From: Rhodoferax sp.
GTDB taxonomy: Bacteria; Pseudomonadota; Gammaproteobacteria; Burkholderiales; Burkholderiaceae_C
Direction: 5' to 3'
Length of the DNA: 59,576 nt
NCBI GenBank assembly: GCA_031418135.1
Contig: JANOWY010000029.1
Location: 1 to 59,576, forward strand
Each line of letters starts with the position of its first letter. Position 1 is the first letter of the stretch. The notes under the pieces were generated by a model. It saw nothing but the letters and a program-made list of their open reading frames with translations, was not told the DNA's origin and searched no databases. This document shows positions 23,001-31,899 of this stretch, in pieces. The position numbers and the translations under genes were made by a program.

Positions 23001-23225
23001 CCCCGAATGGACGGCTTTGACTTGGCGCGCAATATCCGCGCCGACGTGGCGCTAAAAACCCTGCCAATCATCATGATCACTTCCCGAATTGCGGAAAAAC
23101 ATCGGGAACATGCCCGCGAATTGGGCGTCGATCATTACCTTGGGAAGCCCTACTCCGAAGACGAACTTTTACGTCTGGTTCACCAGTATGTTAGTGCGGA
23201 GGTAGCTGCAAAACAAACCACCTGA
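17073..23225 (+). CDS. chpA: Hybrid CheA-type histidine kinase ChpA/PilL (multi-Hpt, HATPase, CheW-like, C-terminal receiver)
   Basis: 2050 aa. Hpt motifs HTLKGSS (His codon 19290), HSLSGSS (20184) and HTLKGSA (20994). HATPase G-box GRGIGMDVV. C-terminal REC VVDDSITVRR...DIEMPRMDG...GKP. Long Pro/Ser/Ala-rich linkers. Confidence 0.9.
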   Translation: MQITETAVAENDVPSDDLGPLAWVLDELKKSLDSATKAMRRFVRDADLARGSDLASLDASHLRIARQQLHQAVGALEMVGFSATAKVMRAMEALAQKFVQYPEQCSDDAANKMERASFALTEYLEGMLKGKAGSPVALFVQYRDVIELVEGERVHPADLWFHDLRWVDAPMPVNAQPLAYSPAVRAVLDQSILKVVKFADPASAKRLRDLFLGLAAGQSRPAPRSFWQICAGFFEANAIGLCSTDVYAKRAGSRVLQQYATLAKGEESVSERLAQDLLFFCAQSSPGREEDAPILWAVRRAFGISQSNAVNYDTAQYGRFDPALLALVRKRISSATETWSALAGGDTNRVKAAQEQFSAVAETMLKLHPENAELARAMVRAVESTVRSGEPPNTPVAMEVATAVLYLEATYEDLDPADTTMVSRSLRLSNRLDQVVKGGPSEPLEAWMEELYRRVSDRQTMGSVVDELRMNLGEIEKSLDQFFRNPTDKIPLHQVPGQLAQMRGVFSVLGLDQASLAMLRLRDSVEKMLLEQTVPGSPSFEKLGSSLGAVGFLIDMLSYQRALAKKVFTWDEELGEFKPLMGRQASPVRALAPEAGTPAAQLPSSQSEPLQTEAPPAVVIAAAPPNVLTSSVQGLDALNLPSLDLNPPTSSHVPSQTQVPTEPALTAIQINSGVSSAVITPGVLPTPAAGVTDDDEDAEIRDIFLEEASEVVQNGTLAIATLVSDPSNLADQTTLRRAFHTLKGSSRMVGLNDFGEAAWSMEQLMNSWLAEQKTASPELLALVGKAMQGFGVWVGLIANRTDSNWSPRNFRLAADALRLENKLVALEFPNEPLKSAPAIEAHQPELPTSASQGLQTKGLEQDTETIQVTKIDFEPTAIREFQPSMSSVPPDSIRGDLGLSDFDFGSSDKTHQPPASPEFGPELVPTEIFSTEAQPAPIDAESTITADTDANSLLEITAPSLRSITKAVGDTANLLGDGPSAPPEESVKVIGSLRIGLPLYNVYLNEADEWSRRLQMDLSEWALELHKQLPDTSIAYAHSLSGSSSTVGFGALADIARSLETAMQHVQLHGKGDPHHAKAFSLAAEEIRRLLHQFAAGFLKAPSTDVMEELGAIAELEFAPSVRGELEDLDFSSTDAEPQISVFPEPGEAAVVEPQMVDLPSSFGFENVNGPDVQPSFTALTHGTSVGKLTAGSTPTEIAVEVASVVTANTSQLPNSELVNLTIAEPAAAVRETARVLPSARLNLFGAVRQIEVQDDDFDFADALDADLFPIFEEEALELLPQLGGALRQWAARPDNLGARGEALRVLHTLKGSARLAGALRLGEKTHRLETAIEHLGKEDLKEAQLEPLMANFDDIQASFENLRHGDARAFERPEGLLTGVIGRDTPRTEIGGAATGAALTPASVNAPPLQLPTARMPAPARQANNQSLRVRAQVMDRLVNQAGEVMIARSRIEARLVQLRVSMTELTGNLDRMRHHLRDIEVQAETQMQSRMALAKETSQVFDPLEFDQFTRLQELTRMMAESVNDVATVQRNIQQAVEGSEDDLIAQGRQARELQRDLLRTRMVEFESISERLYGVVRQAAKDAGKQVKLDITGGSLDVDRSVLERMAPAFEHLLRNSIAHGIEPGDVRLQLEKSAVGTISIDLQHNSNELSVTFVDDGSGLDLQRIRDKAVSSGVAPNANELSELEIANLIFLPGFSTAETVSEIAGRGIGMDVVRSEMNALGGRIETRTQAGQGTQFQLVLPLTTAVTQVVMLRMGDLNIGVPANVIEIVRRVPIAALEASYQSGTIDQAGEPVAFYWGGALLQASSHSAEMTSRHLPVAIFRSAGLRVALHIDEVLGNQEVVVKNLGPQLSKLPGLTGMSVLASGLAVLIYNPVALVSVYGDAARTLRQSIEAQGLSGSVDRPKTMLLSVMTSPSLVPLIMVVDDSITVRRVTQRLLKREGYRVVLASDGLQALERLQDERPTVVLSDIEMPRMDGFDLARNIRADVALKTLPIIMITSRIAEKHREHARELGVDHYLGKPYSEDELLRLVHQYVSAEVAAKQTT

Positions 23226-23281
23226 CGTGGCGCTTAAAGCTGCGTGCCAATCCTGGCTGTCGACCATCGTAAAATTGTGGG

Positions 23282-23881
23282 ATGCCAACTGCGCCGCTTC
23301 AACTTGATTTGACCAATCATTTCCTGATCGCCATGCCAGGGATGCAGGATGAGATTTTTGCCAAAAGCGTCATTTACGTTTGCGAGCATGGTGAGCGTGG
23401 TGCATTGGGTTTGATAATCAACAAACCGACCGATATCAGTCTAAAGGGATTGTTTGAAAAGGTCGACCTGCCGTTGTTTCGGGAAGACCTGATCGACCAA
23501 CCCGTTTTTTCTGGAGGTCCCGTGCAAACCGAGCGGGGGTTTGTACTGCACTACGCTCATTTTTCAGAGGTCAGCCAGCCTCAGGAATCCATTTATGCGG
23601 CAACCTTGACAATTCCCGGTGGTTTGGAGATGACAACTTCCAGAGATGTCCTGGAGGCGCTTGCGACCGGATCTGGCCCTTCCAAAGTACTCATCTCGCT
23701 GGGTTATTCGGCCTGGGGCAAAGGCCAGCTCGAGTCTGAATTGGGCGAAAACAGCTGGCTCACAGTGGATGCAGATCCAAGCGTTATCTTTGACACGCCT
23801 GTTTCACAGCGGTACGACAGGGCTTTGAATTTACTCGGTTTGCATTTGTGGATGTTGTCGTCGGAAGCAGGGCACGCATGA
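23282..23881 (+). CDS. YqgE/AlgH-family protein
   Basis: 199 aa. FLIAMPGMQDEIFAKSVIYVCEHGERGALGLIINKP. Confidence 0.9.
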   Translation: MPTAPLQLDLTNHFLIAMPGMQDEIFAKSVIYVCEHGERGALGLIINKPTDISLKGLFEKVDLPLFREDLIDQPVFSGGPVQTERGFVLHYAHFSEVSQPQESIYAATLTIPGGLEMTTSRDVLEALATGSGPSKVLISLGYSAWGKGQLESELGENSWLTVDADPSVIFDTPVSQRYDRALNLLGLHLWMLSSEAGHA

Positions 23882-24303
23882 ATGGCGATGACAAGAATCG
23901 CCCGGTTCCGTATACAGGCCGATTGACAAGTTTTTTGGCCTTCGACTATGGCTCCCGTCGCACGGGCGTTGCCTCTGGCAACCGTATGACAGCTTCAGCA
24001 ACGCCATTGCGCACGATCAATGATGCGGGTAGCGCGCGATTTGTACGCATTGCCCAACTCCTGAAAGAGTGGCAGCCTGATGCTCTGGTGGTTGGTATTC
24101 CATACCATCCTGACGGCGCCGCACATGAAAATACTTTGAAGGCACAGAAATTTTGCAGGCAACTTTCGGGCAGATTTGGTTTGCCAGTCCTTGAGGTCGA
24201 TGAACGATATAGCACGACAGAAGCCCTCTCACAGGGAGCCAAGGACCCTGATGCGGGTGCAGCGTGCATTATTTTGGAGCAATTTTTGAGGAACATTCAA
24301 TGA
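23878..24303 (+). CDS. ruvX: Holliday junction resolvase-like nuclease RuvX (YqgF)
   Basis: The track ORF starts at 23848. ATG at 23878 forms an ATGA overlap with the upstream stop. FLAFDYGSRRTGVASGN motif. Confidence 0.88.
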   Translation: MNGDDKNRPVPYTGRLTSFLAFDYGSRRTGVASGNRMTASATPLRTINDAGSARFVRIAQLLKEWQPDALVVGIPYHPDGAAHENTLKAQKFCRQLSGRFGLPVLEVDERYSTTEALSQGAKDPDAGAACIILEQFLRNIQ

Positions 24304-24797
24304 GCAGTCCTGATTTGGATGCGGTCGCTTTGTACCAAGACCTTTTGCGTGGTGTACAGGCGCTGCGCGGACCCATGACCCGCCTGGTTGGGATTACGTC
24401 GGGCGGCGCATGGCTGGCCGAAAAACTGCAAGCTGACCTGGGTCTGGAGGGTCTGGCTGGATCAATTTCCTCAGCAATGCATCGGGATGACTTTGCCAAA
24501 CGCGGGCTTGCCTCTGGAACCCAAACCCAATTGCCTTTTGAGGTTGACGGCGCTGACATTATTGTTTTGGATGACGTGTTGTACACAGGGCGAACCATCC
24601 GTGCAGTGATCAATGAACTGTTCGACTATGGTCGCCCGGCTAGTGTCAAGTTAGCTGTTTTGGTTGATCGCGGTGGCCGTGAATTACCCATTCAACCTGA
24701 CTTTTGCGCAGCCCAGGTCAGCCTGTCGTCCAAATTTTCAATCGCGCTGGCAAGGACTGCGGACGGCATACTCAGCTTCCATATTGAAAACTCCTGA
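24300..24797 (+). CDS. pyrR: Bifunctional pyr operon regulator / uracil phosphoribosyltransferase PyrR
   Basis: ATG at 24300 overlaps the ruvX stop (ATGA). PRTase motif [17 protein letters not shown]. Confidence 0.9.
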   Translation: MSSPDLDAVALYQDLLRGVQALRGPMTRLVGITSGGAWLAEKLQADLGLEGLAGSISSAMHRDDFAKRGLASGTQTQLPFEVDGADIIVLDDVLYTGRTIRAVINELFDYGRPASVKLAVLVDRGGRELPIQPDFCAAQVSLSSKFSIALARTADGILSFHIENS

Positions 24798-24826
24798 AAC
24801 CTCTGCCACCTCAACCTGACATCGCA

Positions 24827-25795
24827 ATGCTTTACAAGCGAAATCCGCAACTCAATAACCACGGCGAGTTGATTCATTTGCTGTCCATCGAAGGGCTGCC
24901 CAAGGACATTCTGATCCACATTCTGGATACTGCGGCCCGATTCGTCTCTTTCAATGATCGAGACGTCAAAAAAGTCCCTCTCCTTCGGGGAAAAAGTGTT
25001 TTCAATCTGTTCTTTGAGAACTCAACCCGAACCCGTACAACCTTTGAAATTGCCGCGACACGGCTTTCGGCCGACGTCATCAATCTTGACATTGCCAGAT
25101 CCTCTGCATCAAAAGGCGAGTCCCTGCTGGACACCATCGCCAATCTTTCAGCCATGGCGGCAGACATGTTTGTGGTCCGGCACAGCGAGTCGGGTGCACC
25201 TTATCTGATCGCCCAGCATGTTGCACCGCATGTGCATGTCATCAACGCAGGCGACGGGCGGCATTCGCACCCCACGCAAGGTCTGTTGGACATGTTTGCC
25301 ATCCGCCATTACAAAGGTGATTTTTCAAACCTGCGCGTTGCCATTGTGGGCGACATATTGCACTCGCGGGTAGCGCGCTCTGATATCAACGCACTCACCA
25401 CACTAGGTTGCGCTGAAGTTCGGGCGGTGGGTCCCAAAACCCTGGTGCCGGCAGATATTGCGCAAATGGGCGTCAAGGTTTTCCATTCCCTGGCGGAGGG
25501 CATCCGCGATTGTGATGTTGTGATCATGCTGCGCCTGCAAAGTGAACGCATGAGTGGCGCGCTGTTGCCCTCTGCACAGGAATTTTTCAAAAGTTATGGA
25601 CTGACCCCACAAAAGTTGCTGGTGGCAAAACCAGACTGTATCGTGATGCACCCTGGCCCCATCAACCGGGGTGTCGAAATTGACTCCGCAGTGGTTGATG
25701 GTGCGCAAAGCGTGATCTTGCCACAAGTGACGTTTGGCATCGCGGTGCGCATGGCGGTGATGAGCATCGTCGCCGGGAATCAGGGAACCAAATGA
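24827..25795 (+). CDS. pyrB: Aspartate carbamoyltransferase catalytic subunit
   Basis: 322 aa. [27 protein letters not shown] and [11 protein letters not shown] motifs. Confidence 0.95.
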   Translation: MLYKRNPQLNNHGELIHLLSIEGLPKDILIHILDTAARFVSFNDRDVKKVPLLRGKSVFNLFFENSTRTRTTFEIAATRLSADVINLDIARSSASKGESLLDTIANLSAMAADMFVVRHSESGAPYLIAQHVAPHVHVINAGDGRHSHPTQGLLDMFAIRHYKGDFSNLRVAIVGDILHSRVARSDINALTTLGCAEVRAVGPKTLVPADIAQMGVKVFHSLAEGIRDCDVVIMLRLQSERMSGALLPSAQEFFKSYGLTPQKLLVAKPDCIVMHPGPINRGVEIDSAVVDGAQSVILPQVTFGIAVRMAVMSIVAGNQGTK

Positions 25796-27099
25796 TGCCG
25801 CAGAAAATCTTGATCACCCTTGGTCGTTTGCTCGACCCTGCCAGTGGATTGGACAAGCAGCTTGACCTCGCCATTGCGGACGGCAAAATCGTTGCGATGG
25901 GCGCGGTTCCCGACAGCTTTTACCCAGATCTGACGCTGGATGCATCAGGATGTGTTGTCGCGCCAGGCCTGGTTGATCTTAGTGCGCGCCTGCGAGAACC
26001 AGGTTATGAACATGCCGGCATGCTAGCAAGTGAATTGGCGGCAGCGGCAGCGGGCGGTGTAACCAGCCTGGTTTGCCCACCCGATACCGACCCGGTGCTG
26101 GACGAGCCCGGATTGATCGAGATGTTGCGTTACCGGGCCCAGTTACAAGGCTCTGCACGGGTGTTTCCACTGGGTGCACTGACACGCGGGCTCAGGGGAG
26201 AAGTTCTCACAGAAATGGTGGCGCTGACTGAAGCCGGGTGTGTGGCATTTGGGCAAGCCGAGGTACCGCTGGCCGACACCCAGGTATTGCTGCGTGCGAT
26301 GCAATATGCTTCCACCTTTGGTTATACCGTCTGGTTGCGCCCTCAGGATATTCACCTGGGCAATGGCGTCGCTGCAAGCGGGCCGTTGGCAACCCGCATG
26401 GGGTTGTCCGGAATACCGGTAGCCGCCGAAACCATTGCGATGCACACTATTTTTGAGCTCATGCGGGCCACACAGGCACGGGTTCATTTGGCGCGCATCA
26501 GCAGTGCAGCAGGGGTTGCCTTGGTGGCACAGGCAAAACGAGACGGCTTGCCTGTCACGTGCGATATCAGCATCAATTCGCTGCATTTGAGCGACGTTGA
26601 CATGGGGTACTTTGACAGCCGAATGCGGCTCAATCCGCCTTTGCGCCAGCAACGCGACCGCGACGCACTCCGCGCCGCATTGGCAGACGGAACGGTGGAC
26701 GCACTGGTGTCCGACCACACACCGGTTGACGATGATGCCAAAGCATTGCCGTTCGCTGAAAGTGAACCGGGCGCTACAGGGCTTGAACTGCTGCTTAGCT
26801 TGACGCTCAAATGGTGTCACGATGCCGACATTCCACTATTGCAAGGGCTCCAGCGGATAACCAGTGCGCCGGGACAATTGTTGATATCCGATTCAAACAA
26901 CAGCGGCTGTGGTCGACTGGCCATTGGAGGCTTCGCAGATTTGTGCATTTTTGATCCACAAGCAACGTGGGTTGTCACACCCCAATCACTAAAAAGCCAG
27001 GGGAAACATACACCCTTTTCTGGCTATGAATTACCAGGGCGTGTTCGTTATACGCTGGTGGGTGGCCAATTGGCTTTTCAGTCACCGCATACTCAATGA
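25792..27099 (+). CDS. Dihydroorotase-like protein, probably the non-catalytic PyrC' type
   Basis: 435 aa, ATGA-coupled to pyrB. Where active DHOases have D-x-H-x-H, this protein reads [13 protein letters not shown], so the metal-binding His pair is missing. Confidence 0.8.
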   Translation: MMPQKILITLGRLLDPASGLDKQLDLAIADGKIVAMGAVPDSFYPDLTLDASGCVVAPGLVDLSARLREPGYEHAGMLASELAAAAAGGVTSLVCPPDTDPVLDEPGLIEMLRYRAQLQGSARVFPLGALTRGLRGEVLTEMVALTEAGCVAFGQAEVPLADTQVLLRAMQYASTFGYTVWLRPQDIHLGNGVAASGPLATRMGLSGIPVAAETIAMHTIFELMRATQARVHLARISSAAGVALVAQAKRDGLPVTCDISINSLHLSDVDMGYFDSRMRLNPPLRQQRDRDALRAALADGTVDALVSDHTPVDDDAKALPFAESEPGATGLELLLSLTLKWCHDADIPLLQGLQRITSAPGQLLISDSNNSGCGRLAIGGFADLCIFDPQATWVVTPQSLKSQGKHTPFSGYELPGRVRYTLVGGQLAFQSPHTQ

Positions 27100-27205
27100 T
27101 CTGCTTTTCCATCACGTGATTTATCCTGCAAGATAGCGCCACTCAAGCGATTGCGCGGAAGGCTCATCGAAGCTGCCGGTCGAACCTTGATTTTTCCGTT
27201 GACAA

Positions 27206-27958
27206 ATGAATCACTTACTAGGTGTCTGGAAATTGCTTTGCTTGATCGCCCTTTGCATTACCGGCCTCTTCACCCTTTGCGCGGTGTTTCCCAAACTGAC
27301 ATCAACCCAGCGAGCACAGCGGGTCACGACTTGGGCCAAAGGCGTACTTGGAACCCTGCGTGTTGAACTGACCATCATTGGGCAACCCAGTGCTGCCGGG
27401 CCCTTGATGTTGGTAGCCAATCACACATCCTGGCTCGATATCATTGCACTTCACGCCAGCCTTTTCAGCCGCTTTATCGCCAAGCTTGAACTCAGGCGCT
27501 GGCCTGTCATGGGCTTCATGGCTGCCCAAGCGGGAACACTTTTCCTCGAGAGGAGCTCGCGTCGGGACGCGTTACGGGTAGTTCACCAAATCGCCAAGTG
27601 TTTGCAAGATGGCGAGGTGGTTGCGATTTTTCCAGAAGGAACGACGGGTGACGGCACAGCTTTGCTGCCGTTTCATGGCAACTTGCTGCAAGCGGCCATT
27701 TCAACCAATGCACCTGTTCAGGCGGTTTGCATCCAGTATCTGGACGCCCGTACCGGGCGACGAAGCGACGCAGCTAACTTCGTCGGTGATGTCCATTTTT
27801 TGGTGTCGTTATGGTCGACTTTGTGCACGCAAAATTTGGCAATCGAGGTGCAATTCGGGCAGCTCCAGTGGGCATCTGGCCGCACCCGGCGGATCTGGGC
27901 AGGCGACTTGCATATTGCGGTCAGCAATATGCAGCAGCGAACTGACAACTGCAAGTGA
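27206..27958 (+). CDS. Lysophospholipid (1-acyl-sn-glycerol-3-phosphate) acyltransferase family protein
   Basis: 250 aa. N-terminal TM, HX4D motif NHTSWLD and FPEGTT motif. Confidence 0.85.
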   Translation: MNHLLGVWKLLCLIALCITGLFTLCAVFPKLTSTQRAQRVTTWAKGVLGTLRVELTIIGQPSAAGPLMLVANHTSWLDIIALHASLFSRFIAKLELRRWPVMGFMAAQAGTLFLERSSRRDALRVVHQIAKCLQDGEVVAIFPEGTTGDGTALLPFHGNLLQAAISTNAPVQAVCIQYLDARTGRRSDAANFVGDVHFLVSLWSTLCTQNLAIEVQFGQLQWASGRTRRIWAGDLHIAVSNMQQRTDNCK

Positions 27959-29667
27959 ACCAACGCCACATCGCCAGCGTAGGCTTGTTGGTCGTTGCTG
28001 TTGCACCAATGGGCTGGGCCCTTGTATCGGCGGCCAGGGCGGCTGCCGACATCGCGGCCTGGCAGGATATATGGCGGCAAACCCAACTCATTTCGGCCAT
28101 CGGCATGACCCTCTGGACTGGCCTGGCCGCAACTGCCATATCCCTGGGGCTGACAGCATTGCTGTTGTCGGCTACCTTTCCCGGCACCGCATGGCAAATG
28201 CTGGTTCGCTACTTGGGCCCTCTGTTGGCCGTGCCCCATGCAGCGTTCGCTGTCGGCCTGATCGCGCTAGTGGCGCCCAGTGGTTGGTTGGCACGATGGG
28301 TGTCTCATTGGTTCACAGGTGTATTGGAGCCGCCTGCCTGGCTGACAACTCAAGATCCGTGGGGATTGGGCCTGATTGCCGTCCTGGTTTTCAAGGAAGT
28401 TCCCTTTTTGCTGTGGAGTGCAGCCGCACAATTGCAGCGGCTCGACACCCGCCAACGCCTGGGCCGCGAACTTGTGATCGCTCGCAGCATGGGTTATCAG
28501 CACCAACAGGCCTGGTGGCGGATTGTTTGGCCCCAGTTGTGGTCGCGCCTCTCCTGGCCGTTGTTGGCAGTGCTCGCGTACAACTTGACCGTGGTAGACG
28601 TGGCCATATTGATTGGGCCCATTTCGCCGCCCACCCTGGCGGTGATGGTTTGGACATGGCTTCAGGATGGGCAAACCAGCCAAAACGCAATCGGCGCAGT
28701 GGCGGCATGGCTGCTGGCCGGGTTGCTGTTTGCAAGTGTTGCTTTGGCCAGCCAAATTAATTACCAGGGGTTCTGGCGCAGACGTTGGATCAACGGCAAA
28801 CGCGGTTCACCTCACAGCGCAGCACAAACGCACGGTGGCATGGCGGTCTCAACTATCCGGAGCAAGTTGCGGGAAATTGGTGGCGGTTTGTTTTTGATGC
28901 TGATCAGTGTGTATCTGCTGGTGATACTGGCCTTGGGCATCGGAAGCATTTCCGGTGTTTGGTCGTTTCCGGCATTGTGGCCACAAACCTTGACCGGGGG
29001 TGCATGGATGTCTGTCGCCGGCAGTTTTTCAACGGTTACTGTTACCCTGGTGCTGGCTCTGGCCAGCTCGCTCACAGCTTTGGTATGGGCTTTGGCATGG
29101 CTCGAAACCGCACCGTCTGCCTGGGATGCTCGATTGCGGCAGTTTGTTTACCTGCCACTGGTATTGCCATCCGTACTTTGGGTTGTTGGCATTCATGCGC
29201 TGTGTCTGGCATGGGGCCTGGACGGCCATTGGAGCGGATTGTGGCTGGCGCATAGCCTGGCTTCATTGCCCTACGTTGTCATTGCATTAAGCCCTGCTTT
29301 CCTGGATTTCGATATCCGATACCGCCACGTCTGTGCGTCACTTGGAAAAAACCATTTGTTGTTTTTGTGGTGCGTCAAATGGCCACTCTTGAGGGCCGCT
29401 TTGGCATCTGCGGCTGCTGTTGGTTTTGCAGTCAGTGTGGCGCAGTATTTGCCGACCTTGTATGTGGGCGCAGGGCGTTATGCAACAGTCACCACCGAAG
29501 CCGTCAATCTCGCAGCAGGAGCACAACGTTCCCTCACATCAGCCTATGCGTTGTTACAGTGGTTGTTGCCCGTGATAGGCTTCGCACTTGCAGCGTGGGT
29601 TGGGCGGGCTCGCCGGTTTGCGCCAAATGGGCACCCCCACCGCTCCCAACCCAACGCCAAACCCTAA
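27955..29667 (+). CDS. Fused two-domain ABC transporter permease, YnjC-like
   Basis: 570 aa, ~12 predicted TM segments. GTG start overlaps the acyltransferase stop. The resemblance to E. coli YnjC-type permeases is from memory and not aligned. Confidence 0.7.
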   Translation: MNQRHIASVGLLVVAVAPMGWALVSAARAAADIAAWQDIWRQTQLISAIGMTLWTGLAATAISLGLTALLLSATFPGTAWQMLVRYLGPLLAVPHAAFAVGLIALVAPSGWLARWVSHWFTGVLEPPAWLTTQDPWGLGLIAVLVFKEVPFLLWSAAAQLQRLDTRQRLGRELVIARSMGYQHQQAWWRIVWPQLWSRLSWPLLAVLAYNLTVVDVAILIGPISPPTLAVMVWTWLQDGQTSQNAIGAVAAWLLAGLLFASVALASQINYQGFWRRRWINGKRGSPHSAAQTHGGMAVSTIRSKLREIGGGLFLMLISVYLLVILALGIGSISGVWSFPALWPQTLTGGAWMSVAGSFSTVTVTLVLALASSLTALVWALAWLETAPSAWDARLRQFVYLPLVLPSVLWVVGIHALCLAWGLDGHWSGLWLAHSLASLPYVVIALSPAFLDFDIRYRHVCASLGKNHLLFLWCVKWPLLRAALASAAAVGFAVSVAQYLPTLYVGAGRYATVTTEAVNLAAGAQRSLTSAYALLQWLLPVIGFALAAWVGRARRFAPNGHPHRSQPNAKP

Positions 29668-29709
29668 CGCGCCAGGCTTCCAGACTTTTTTGCCAACCCG
29701 ACGATACCC

Positions 29710-30918
29710 ATGAACCAGCCCATAACGACCCAACGTAATCAGCGCATACCCGGGCACCGCCTGCTGCACGCACCGGGGCCAACCCATTTGCATCGTGCGG
29801 TGATAGAAGCCATGAGCCGCCAACCACTAGACCATGGTGACCCACGCCTGCCAGAGCTTGTCGCCAATTGTGAAGGCGGCCTGAAGAAGCTTCTGAACCA
29901 GCATCATGGGCATGTCTTCCTGTACGCCACCAACGGACATGGCGCTTGGGAAGCTGCGCATGCCAACCTATTGACGGTGGGCGACACTGTCTTGATTCCT
30001 GGCACTGGGCACTTTTCAGAATCCTGGGCCATACAAACCGAAGCACTGGGTGCGAAGGTCATTCGCACGCCGTGGCTGGTAGGTCTGCCCTTGGATCCCC
30101 AAGTGATCCGGGCCGCCCTTGAAGCGGACACTGCGCACGTCATCAAAGCCGTGCTGACGGTCCACACCGACACGGCCAGTGGCATCACCAATGACCTGGC
30201 CGCGATACGCGAAGCTATCGATGCTGCAAGACACCCGGCGCTGTTTGTTGTCGATGTCGTCGCGTCCCTCGGTGTCACGCCATTTGACATGCAGGCACTG
30301 CGGGCCAACGTGGTCATCGGTGCGTCACAAAAAGGTTTGATGTGTACCCCCGGCTTGGGCTTTTGCGCCGTCGATCCGCATGCGCTTGAAATCTCCCGCC
30401 GCAACCCCAACCCGCGCTTTTATTGGGATTGGGTGCGTAGGACTGGTGAACTCACTTACCAAAAATTTTGTGGCACGGCACCCCAAAACCTGCTGATGGG
30501 CATGGAAGCCGCGTTTGAGCAAATAGCTACCGAGGGCATCTCCCAAGTCTATGCGCGCCACCAGCGGATCGCGCGGGCGGTGCACGTGGCCGTCGCATGC
30601 TGGAGCGAGCAGGGCCAATTCAGCTTTTTCAGCCAGGTGGCTTCGGCCCGTTCCCATTCAGTCACTGCGATTTCTGTGGCGCCGGGAATCGATGTCGAAG
30701 CTTTGCGCACTGTGGCGCGTGAACGTTTCCAGGTGGCTTTTGCAGGAGGGCTGGGCACGCTGACCGGCAAGCTGTTCCGGATTGGCCATTTGGGCGACCT
30801 CAATGAAGCCATGATCATGGGCTGCCTGGGCGGCATCGAAGCGGCCATGCACGTGCAAGGTCTGGCCTTTGATTCAGGCTTGTCGGCGGCGGCCCACAGC
30901 CTGAGTGAGGCGTCTTGA
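29710..30918 (+). CDS. Class-V (PLP-dependent) aminotransferase, serine/alanine-glyoxylate aminotransferase-like
   Basis: 402 aa. LLHAPGPTHL N-terminus and PLP-lysine context VVIGASQKGLMCTPGLG. Confidence 0.8.
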   Translation: MNQPITTQRNQRIPGHRLLHAPGPTHLHRAVIEAMSRQPLDHGDPRLPELVANCEGGLKKLLNQHHGHVFLYATNGHGAWEAAHANLLTVGDTVLIPGTGHFSESWAIQTEALGAKVIRTPWLVGLPLDPQVIRAALEADTAHVIKAVLTVHTDTASGITNDLAAIREAIDAARHPALFVVDVVASLGVTPFDMQALRANVVIGASQKGLMCTPGLGFCAVDPHALEISRRNPNPRFYWDWVRRTGELTYQKFCGTAPQNLLMGMEAAFEQIATEGISQVYARHQRIARAVHVAVACWSEQGQFSFFSQVASARSHSVTAISVAPGIDVEALRTVARERFQVAFAGGLGTLTGKLFRIGHLGDLNEAMIMGCLGGIEAAMHVQGLAFDSGLSAAAHSLSEAS

Positions 30919-30930
30919 CGTTCCAATGCC

Positions 30931-31896
30931 ATGAACAGGCCTGCCATGCAACACCGTCAGCTGGGTCGTAGCACCCTTCAAGTCTCGCCACTTTGTTTCG
31001 GTGGCAATGTTTTTGGCTGGACTGTCAACGAAGCCACGTCTTTTGCCCTGCTGGATGCCTGGGTGGATGCCGGGTTTAACTTCATCGATACCGCCGATGT
31101 CTATTCCACCTGGGTGCCTGGGCACACCGGTGGTGAATCGGAAAATGTGCTAGGCCGCTGGTTCAAAAAGAGCGGCAAGCGCGACCAGGTGGTGCTGGCC
31201 ACAAAAGTTGGCAAACCCATGGGGCCCGGCAAAACCGGGCTGAAGCCGGTGTACATCCGCCAGGCTGTGGAGGCCTCGCTCACGCGTTTGCAGACCGACG
31301 TAATCGACCTGTACCAAAGCCATGACGACGACGCCACGACGCCGATGGAAGATACCTTGGGTGCGTTTGATGACCTGATCAAAGCGGGCAAGGTCCGCGC
31401 CGTCGGAGCCTCCAATTTCACCGCAAACCGGCTGGCCTTGGCGTTGAAGACCAGTGCCCAAAACGGATTGACCCGCTACGAAACACTGCAACCTTTGTAC
31501 AACCTGTATGACCGGACCCCATTCGAAGAAACCCTCGGCCCGCTGTGCCGAAGTGAAAACGTGTCGGTTATCAACTTCTACACACTGGCAGCGGGTTTTC
31601 TCACCGGCAAATACCGGTCTGCGCAGGATGCCGACAAAAGCCCGCGCGGCACCAATGTCACGGCCAAGTATTTGAATGAACGCGGTCTAAAAATTCTGGC
31701 GGCTTTGGATGCGATGGCAACCCGCTACGACGCAAAACCTGGGCAAATCGCCACAGCCTGGCTGATGGCTCAGCCCGGCGTGACCTCACCCATCGCCAGT
31801 GCCACCACTTTGCAGCAACTCAAAGAACTGATCGCCGCCACGCAAATTCAGCTGACCGACGAAGACATCGCGACACTGAACACCGCCAGCGCCTGA
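30931..31896 (+). CDS. Aldo/keto reductase
   Basis: 321 aa. LGRSTLQVSPLCFGGNVFGW, FIDTADVY and GASNF motifs. An alternative start is at 30946. Confidence 0.9.
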   Translation: MNRPAMQHRQLGRSTLQVSPLCFGGNVFGWTVNEATSFALLDAWVDAGFNFIDTADVYSTWVPGHTGGESENVLGRWFKKSGKRDQVVLATKVGKPMGPGKTGLKPVYIRQAVEASLTRLQTDVIDLYQSHDDDATTPMEDTLGAFDDLIKAGKVRAVGASNFTANRLALALKTSAQNGLTRYETLQPLYNLYDRTPFEETLGPLCRSENVSVINFYTLAAGFLTGKYRSAQDADKSPRGTNVTAKYLNERGLKILAALDAMATRYDAKPGQIATAWLMAQPGVTSPIASATTLQQLKELIAATQIQLTDEDIATLNTASA

Positions 31897-31899
31897 AAA

